From positions 73,010 to 137,009 of the forward strand of contig JBDHHQ010000006.1 in NCBI GenBank assembly GCA_039589315.1: DNA of 64,000 bases, in the 5' to 3' direction. Under the pieces are notes generated by a model. The model had not been told where the DNA came from, searched no databases, and was given only the letters and a program-made list of their open reading frames with translations. Shown one piece after another: positions 57,769-64,000 of this stretch (position 1 is the stretch's first letter; each line of letters begins with the position of its first letter). Both the position numbers and the translations under genes were made by a program. This DNA comes from Gemmatimonadota bacterium. Lineage in GTDB: Bacteria > Gemmatimonadota > Gemmatimonadetes > Longimicrobiales > Gaopeijiaceae.

Positions 57769-58242
57769 ATGCGATCCAGCGCCGACACGGTAGGGGAGTA
57801 CCTGGAGCAGCTGCCCGAAGATAGGCGGGCGGCCATCGGGCGGGTACGGCAGACGATCGTCGAGAGGCTTCCGCCGGGGTCCGAGGAGGCCATGAACTGG
57901 GGGATGATCGCCTACCAGGTCCCCCTGGAGACCTATCCCGACACCTACAACGGCGAGCCGCTGATGTACGCCGCGCTGGCTTCACAGAAGAACCACATGG
58001 CCGTGTACCTCACGGGGATCTACATGGAGGACGAAAAGCGCGCCACCTTCGAGGAGGCGTACCGCGCTACCGGCAAGCGCTTCGACGTGGGCAAATCCTG
58101 CGTGCGGTTTCGTAAGCTCGAGGACCTGCCCCTGGACCTCATCGGCGAGACCATCGCCTCCACGAGCGTCGACGATTTCGTGGCTCGCGTCCGGCAGGCC
58201 GAAACAGTCCGGAAGGCGAAGAAGTCGAGGAGGCGCCGCTGA
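57769..58242 (+). CDS. DUF1801/YdhG-like protein
   Basis: TVGEYL..LPEDRR, EAMNWGMI.Y, ASQKNHMAVY, DVGKSCVRF. Confidence 0.85.
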   Translation: MRSSADTVGEYLEQLPEDRRAAIGRVRQTIVERLPPGSEEAMNWGMIAYQVPLETYPDTYNGEPLMYAALASQKNHMAVYLTGIYMEDEKRATFEEAYRATGKRFDVGKSCVRFRKLEDLPLDLIGETIASTSVDDFVARVRQAETVRKAKKSRRRR

Positions 58243-58254
58243 GGATGGAGGAGG

Positions 58255-59037
58255 CTAGGGGAGCGCGTGGGCCGCGTTGGCGCTCGCGGCAGCGTCCTGT
58301 AGGGTAACCGCCTCGTCTGCAGGCAGAAGGACCCAATCGGTGTCCGTGGGGATGGCGGCCGGGAGGTCCCTCGGGTTCCGTCCGGCCAGCTGCTGGTACA
58401 TGACCAGGGCAGCTAGATACGTGCCCCTGAGACTCGGGTGGAAGCGGTCCGGACCGTATAGCTCGAGCCGTGGGTCCCGATCCCACGCCTCCAGCCAGGC
58501 CTCGCCGGCCGGAAACAGGAGGCCTCCCACCAGTCCCGCTGCGGTGGCGTAGGAGTCCGACACTCCGTCGAAGTCGTGGAAGCGCGCCTCCGCCGGCCAG
58601 ACCATGTAGAGCGCCGTGCGTGCGCCTGCCGCGGTGATCTCCTCGTCGAAGAGTTGGGTATACTCGAGCAGATAGGGCCGCCCTTCCGTCGCCGAGGGGC
58701 CCTGCTGGAGCACCACCACGTCCCATCCCCCCTCCCGGATCCGCCGGACGGCTTCACCGTCGACCCAGTGGTCCGGGAGTCCCACACCAGGCGAGGTGAC
58801 CGACTCGAATCGAACAGGTCCCGCTCCGCCGCGCTCGAAGAGCCTGGCCAGCATGCCCGGGAGGTCGTTCCAGTACGTGAGGCTGTTCCCGATGAAGAGG
58901 ACGTCGAGGCGGAGCTCGTCGTCCGACGGGAGATTCGCGGGGCCGTCGCACCCGAGGACGCATCCGAGTGCGGCCAGCAGGATCAAGCGGGTTGCGCCGA
59001 GCTTCACGACGACACGGAAGAATACCGGAACGCTCAC
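58255..59037 (-). CDS. SGNH/GDSL hydrolase-family lipoprotein
   Basis: VLFIGNSLTY, WDVVVLQQ, DRFHPS; lipobox VLGC. Confidence 0.85.
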   Translation of the reverse strand: MSVPVFFRVVVKLGATRLILLAALGCVLGCDGPANLPSDDELRLDVLFIGNSLTYWNDLPGMLARLFERGGAGPVRFESVTSPGVGLPDHWVDGEAVRRIREGGWDVVVLQQGPSATEGRPYLLEYTQLFDEEITAAGARTALYMVWPAEARFHDFDGVSDSYATAAGLVGGLLFPAGEAWLEAWDRDPRLELYGPDRFHPSLRGTYLAALVMYQQLAGRNPRDLPAAIPTDTDWVLLPADEAVTLQDAAASANAAHALP

Positions 59038-59103
59038 AGCCCGGAAGTTCGCCGTCCTGGCCGGTGCGTCAACCGGCGCCGAGCGGGCCGACGCATGCTT
59101 CGA

Positions 59104-59526
59104 TCAGCCGTCGGGCCCACGCCGGCGCGCACCCCAGGCCTCCCGTGCCAATCGGCTGGTCGCGATCGCGATCTCCTCGTTCAGCCGATTCAGGAGCGCT
59201 TCTCGCTCCCGGTGCTCGCGACCGATGGCGAATGCCTCACGCATCCCCTCGGCCAGGGCGTCCTCGAAGGTCGCCAGCTCGCGGGCTGCCGCGCCGATGA
59301 TACGGGCGTCCTCTGCCGTGAAGCCAGGCCACCGCTCAACTCTCGCCCGGAGACCGATGGCATCGAGGCGCGCAGCCAGGGCCCGCAAGCCCTCGGGTTC
59401 GCCCTCCGGCGCCGCGCGGCGCGCCTCGCCTCCGTGGATGGAGCCCGGTCTCTCCGGGGGCCGTTCCCCCGGAAGCCGAGAGGCGTCCGGCCCTGCTGGC
59501 CGATGCTGCGCCCCTGGCCCGCTCAT
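59104..59526 (-). CDS. Hypothetical helical protein
   Basis: ATGA overlap with the upstream hydrolase; no family recognised. Confidence 0.55.
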   Translation of the reverse strand: MSGPGAQHRPAGPDASRLPGERPPERPGSIHGGEARRAAPEGEPEGLRALAARLDAIGLRARVERWPGFTAEDARIIGAAARELATFEDALAEGMREAFAIGREHREREALLNRLNEEIAIATSRLAREAWGARRRGPDG

Positions 59527-60248
59527 GTGAGCGTCCCCGGCTCGGCGGGCGTCAACTCGGACGTGGCTTGGCCGCCGAGGTGTACGCGAAACCAGTCCCG
59601 GGCGAGACCCGCGACCCGTTCCAGGGTGCCGGGCTCCTCGAAGAGGTGCGTCGCACCCTCCACGATCTCCATCTGCCTCTCGGTGCGGAGCTGGGCGAAG
59701 GCCTCGCGGTTCATCTCGATCACGGGGTAGTCTAGGCCACCCACGATCAGGAGCGTCGGCGCCCGCACCTGAGCCAGGACGAGTCTGGCGAGATCGGGCC
59801 GTCCCCCCCGCGACACCACCGCCGCCACGTGCTCGGGCCTTCGGGCGGCTGCCATCAGCGCGGCTGCGGCGCCCGTGCTGGCCCCGAAGTAGCCAAGAGC
59901 GAGGTCTGCCGCCCTGTCCTGTCGGAGCAACCAGTCCGTGGCGCCCACGAGCCGCTCGGCCAGCAGGCCGATGTCGAATCGTAGCTGTGCCGTCTGCGCG
60001 TCGATGCGCTCCTCCTCCGGAGTGAGCAGGTCGAGCAGGAGAGTAGCCAACCCGGCTGCCTGGAACTCACCCGCTACGTACCGGTTTCTCGGACTGAGCC
60101 GACTGCTCCCGCTCCCATGCGCAAAGGCGACCAATCCCACCGGGTCTCCTGGGACCACCAGGTCCCCCCTGAGCGACACCGAGCCACAGGGGATTTCCAC
60201 GGCCTCGAGGGGCGCGGTGTCCGGACCGTTCTCGTTCATTGCCATCAT
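59523..60248 (-). CDS. Dienelactone hydrolase-like alpha/beta hydrolase
   Basis: FAHGSGSSRLSPRN, GYFGASTG, VSRGGRPDL, GATHLFEEPG. Confidence 0.9.
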   Translation of the reverse strand: MMAMNENGPDTAPLEAVEIPCGSVSLRGDLVVPGDPVGLVAFAHGSGSSRLSPRNRYVAGEFQAAGLATLLLDLLTPEEERIDAQTAQLRFDIGLLAERLVGATDWLLRQDRAADLALGYFGASTGAAAALMAAARRPEHVAAVVSRGGRPDLARLVLAQVRAPTLLIVGGLDYPVIEMNREAFAQLRTERQMEIVEGATHLFEEPGTLERVAGLARDWFRVHLGGQATSELTPAEPGTLT

Positions 60249-60432
60249 TCCTCCCTCGCGGCCGTGCCCAGCCGCGCGCGTTCACCAAACCGTGGACGAG
60301 GCGCGCTCACCGTCGCCTCGTCTGATCACCGCCTGGCGGCTCCGCCAAGCCGACCCACCGGAGCGCTCACTCCGGGACATATTGGCCGGGTCCCTCTTCG
60401 GTCCCACCTCCGTCACAACGGCAACGGAGTCG

Positions 60433-60612
60433 TCAGTCGTATTCCCTGACCGGGGCGTCGCCCGCCGCGGCGGGGCTGTCCAGCAGCTCTTCTCTCACTT
60501 CCAGGCGATCGAGCCGCCTCTCCAGCTCTCCGGTCCTGTTACGGAGGCTGAGTACCTCTTCCTGCAGCGCCATGAGCTCTCGTTCCAACGCCTCTACGTG
60601 TTCCTGGACCAT
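60433..60612 (-). CDS. 59-aa coiled-coil protein
   Basis: GAGGAG RBS; MVQEHVEALERELMALQEEVLSLRNRTGELERRLDRLE heptads. Confidence 0.6.
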   Translation of the reverse strand: MVQEHVEALERELMALQEEVLSLRNRTGELERRLDRLEVREELLDSPAAAGDAPVREYD

Positions 60613-60655
60613 GCTCTCCTCCTCTCGTACTCGCGCAGGTGCCTCGGTGGACACC

Positions 60656-61216
60656 TCAGTCCACGATGTGGTGCTTGCCCACGACGTGGACTGTGCTGGC
60701 TTGGGGGCCTTCCTCTCCCAACTCCACGACGAGGCGGACCTCCGCGCCTTCTTCGAGTCGCTCGAAGTTCCCCAGCACCACGCTGTTCCGGTTGAAGTAC
60801 ACTTCCTGTCCATCCGACGCGGCGATGAAGCCGTAGTCAGGAAACAGGCGGACCACGCGACCATGGGCTGGCGCCTCATGGGACTTGATGTCCCCTCTCT
60901 GTTTCCGCGCGAGCTCCCCCAGCGCCCGCTTGGCGCGATCGAACGTCTCTCCGAGGGCCTGGCGCAACTCCTCGTGCGCGCGGTGCTCGGCCGGGGATCG
61001 GTTCACCGCGACATCGTTCCCGGCCATCGTCAGGTCGATGCGCACGTGGTAGAGGTTCCCGGTCCGATGCCGTTGATCGGGCTGCTCCACCATGATGCGG
61101 CAACTCGTGAGCCGGTCGAAGACGTCCTCCAATCCCCGGATGCCGGCCCGGATCTGCTTCTTCAGGGGCTCGGTCAACTCGACGTTGCGGAACGCGACTT
61201 CCGGATCAATCTGCAC
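60656..61216 (-). CDS. HPF/RaiA ribosome-associated domain fused to a cold-shock domain
   Basis: EVAFRN..LTSCRIMVE..YHVRIDL then GRVVRLFPDYGFI..VYFNRNSV..GPQASTV; GGAGGGAG RBS. Confidence 0.9.
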   Translation of the reverse strand: MQIDPEVAFRNVELTEPLKKQIRAGIRGLEDVFDRLTSCRIMVEQPDQRHRTGNLYHVRIDLTMAGNDVAVNRSPAEHRAHEELRQALGETFDRAKRALGELARKQRGDIKSHEAPAHGRVVRLFPDYGFIAASDGQEVYFNRNSVVLGNFERLEEGAEVRLVVELGEEGPQASTVHVVGKHHIVD

Positions 61217-61258
61217 GTGGCTCCCTCCGTTCGATGCCAGAGGTCGGTTCGTACGGAC

Positions 61259-61274
61259 AGCACGGCCCGTGCCG
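61259..61274 (-). promoter_or_regulatory. sigma54-like promoter for HPF-CSD
   Basis: Minus strand cGGCACgggccgTGCt (GG-N10-GC), about 43 nt upstream of the start. Confidence 0.5.
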
Positions 61275-61388
61275 GAGCCTGCAGCGTGCCGCGCCTCTCG
61301 GTCCGCGCACCCCATCCGGACGATCCGCCGGCGCCATGCATCGCCGGCCGGTCCGGGTCCAGGTGCCCTCCTCGACGGTCGGCGCGGG

Positions 61389-61404
61389 TGGCACATGCCT
61401 TGCT
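61389..61404 (+). promoter_or_regulatory. sigma54 promoter for the CBS gene
   Basis: TGGCAC-ATGCC-TTGCT, a consensus match, about 45 nt upstream of the start. Confidence 0.75.
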
Positions 61405-61448
61405 CCCTCGGCCCCCTACCGAACAGCGCGGCGACAAGGAGGCGGGAG

Positions 61449-61937
61449 ATGTCGGCAGCGAGGATGGAGGCCGCACGGTCACAGCGAACGGACCCGCGTA
61501 CGGTCGCCGACCTGATGCACACGGATGTCGTGACCCTGTCGCCTGCGGCGTCGATCCGTGAGTTGGCGACGCTCCTCTACCGACACCGGATCAGCGGTGT
61601 GCCGGTCGTGGATGACGATGGGACGGTCGTCGGCACAGCGAGCGTGACGGATCTGATTTGGCTGAGCGACCTGATCGCTCCCGACAGGTCCGATCCGGAG
61701 GCCCGGGCCCGCAGAAGGGAGCTGGACGAGCGGACGGTCCGCGACATCATGACCCCGGACGTATTCGGTGTGGGACCAGACGCGACCGTCGGGGAGCTGG
61801 GGCGGTTCTTCATCCGCACAGGGCTACACCGCGCCCTGGTCCTGGACGGCGGCAGGTTGGTGGGCATCGCCTCCGTCACCGACCTGCTGGGGCTGGTGGT
61901 CGAGCGGCCGAGGGAGCCGAACGTCTCGGACGCCTAG
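61449..61937 (+). CDS. CBS-domain pair protein
   Basis: TVADLM..V, ISGVPVVD, TVRDIMT, LVGIASVTDLL; AGGAGG RBS. Confidence 0.9.
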   Translation: MSAARMEAARSQRTDPRTVADLMHTDVVTLSPAASIRELATLLYRHRISGVPVVDDDGTVVGTASVTDLIWLSDLIAPDRSDPEARARRRELDERTVRDIMTPDVFGVGPDATVGELGRFFIRTGLHRALVLDGGRLVGIASVTDLLGLVVERPREPNVSDA

Positions 61938-61995
61938 GACTCACGCCCCGAGGCGGGGGCGACCATCGTGGGCAGCGCCGCAGCCCGCCGGCCGC

Positions 61996-63433
<1,438 letters not shown>

Positions 63434-63485
63434 CTCGTCTGTCGTGACTCAGCGGAGCAGGGGCCTGGATTCGTCTTTCGGCCGG

Positions 63486-63501
63486 GGCAACACTCATGCC
63501 C
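63486..63501 (-). promoter_or_regulatory. sigma54-like promoter for the NtrC-type gene
   Basis: Minus strand gGGCATgagtgTTGCc, about 53 nt upstream of the ATG. Confidence 0.6.
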
Positions 63502-63686
63502 AGACGCACAGGGCCGTGGGTCGACGGAAGGGCGGGCGTCGCCCATGGGAAGCCTCTGCATGGGGCATCTTAGCCCATTATAGGTACTAATAACCCATGC
63601 TGCCGCATATCGCCACGGAGCGGTGAGCGCGCTGATCGTCAGAAGGAGTCCAGCGCGGGCCGTCTTGCTGCGGCTTCGGGCCGAGC

Positions 63687-64000
63687 TCAGCCCACATCGA
63701 CCTGCCACACGCCTCCATCCAGGGGCGCGAGCGTTACGCCTACATCCAGAAATCGGCGGATCACTTCGGCATTCGTACGCGTGTGAGAAGTGGGGTCGAT
63801 CGTCGTGAAGCTCCCGCCACCTGCCAGGGCCAGCGGGAGAAGAAGCTGGTCGGCCAGGTGGGGGCCAACGGCCACGTCCGCGCTCTCCCACTGGCGGGCC
63901 TGCTCCGCTGCGGTCCGGGCGACCTCCTCGGCAGGGACCCCCCGCTCGCCGAACCCGGTGAAGACCTCGGTGACCGCTTGGCATCTCACCTCGACCAGGA
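63687..64000 (-). CDS. rtcA: RNA 3'-terminal phosphate cyclase, C-terminal part
   Basis: VTEVFTGFGERGVPAEEVA..VGPHLADQLLLP..HTRTN; frame open to the window end. Confidence 0.9.
   Translation of the reverse strand, partial: LVEVRCQAVTEVFTGFGERGVPAEEVARTAAEQARQWESADVAVGPHLADQLLLPLALAGGGSFTTIDPTSHTRTNAEVIRRFLDVGVTLAPLDGGVWQVDVG

Overview
High-GC bacterial chromosomal window of about 60 genes. The gene families (choice-of-anchor B, 6-bladed propeller lipoprotein, Bor pair, DUF222-HNH remnant) suggest Gemmatimonadota, but this is inference only. I recognised no rRNA, tRNA, CRISPR array or intact mobile element. Blocks, left to right: (1) PfkB kinase (missing from the ORF track) and a CNT nucleoside transporter. 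(2) An envelope redox locus (2.7-17.4 kb) with two paralogous FG-GAP/choice-of-anchor B proteins, a HEAT-cyclophilin, CcdA, TlpA and two exported redoxins. The ORF track splits both redoxins at an in-frame TGA that sits at the catalytic Cys position and is followed 14 nt later by a perfect 7-bp hairpin, so they are probable selenoproteins with SECIS elements. (3) HNH pseudogene, vWA protein, orphan lycopene cyclase, Tat-RidA-folM-folB-folK, PlsC and two-subunit aconitase X. (4) A sulfide oxidation/detox cluster (ArsR, SQR, two YeeE, PDO-rhodanese) with an inverted-duplicated promoter pair. (5) A His-less HisKA_3 kinase, and a cytochrome b-ferredoxin-MvhD fusion divergent from an Rrf2-led heme-copper oxidase operon. 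Its subunit I lacks the cross-link Tyr (GHSSQQ), so it is probably an eNOR-type NO reductase; SCO and a truncated hypE follow. (6) A hypoxia/dormancy-like gene set (P2 ATPase, PncB, HhH protein, acyl-CoA synthetase, GDH, LonC-like, DLH, HPF-CSD, CBS) with sigma54 promoters, a frameshifted NtrC-type activator and a partial rtcA. All calls are from manual reading; no database searches were run.
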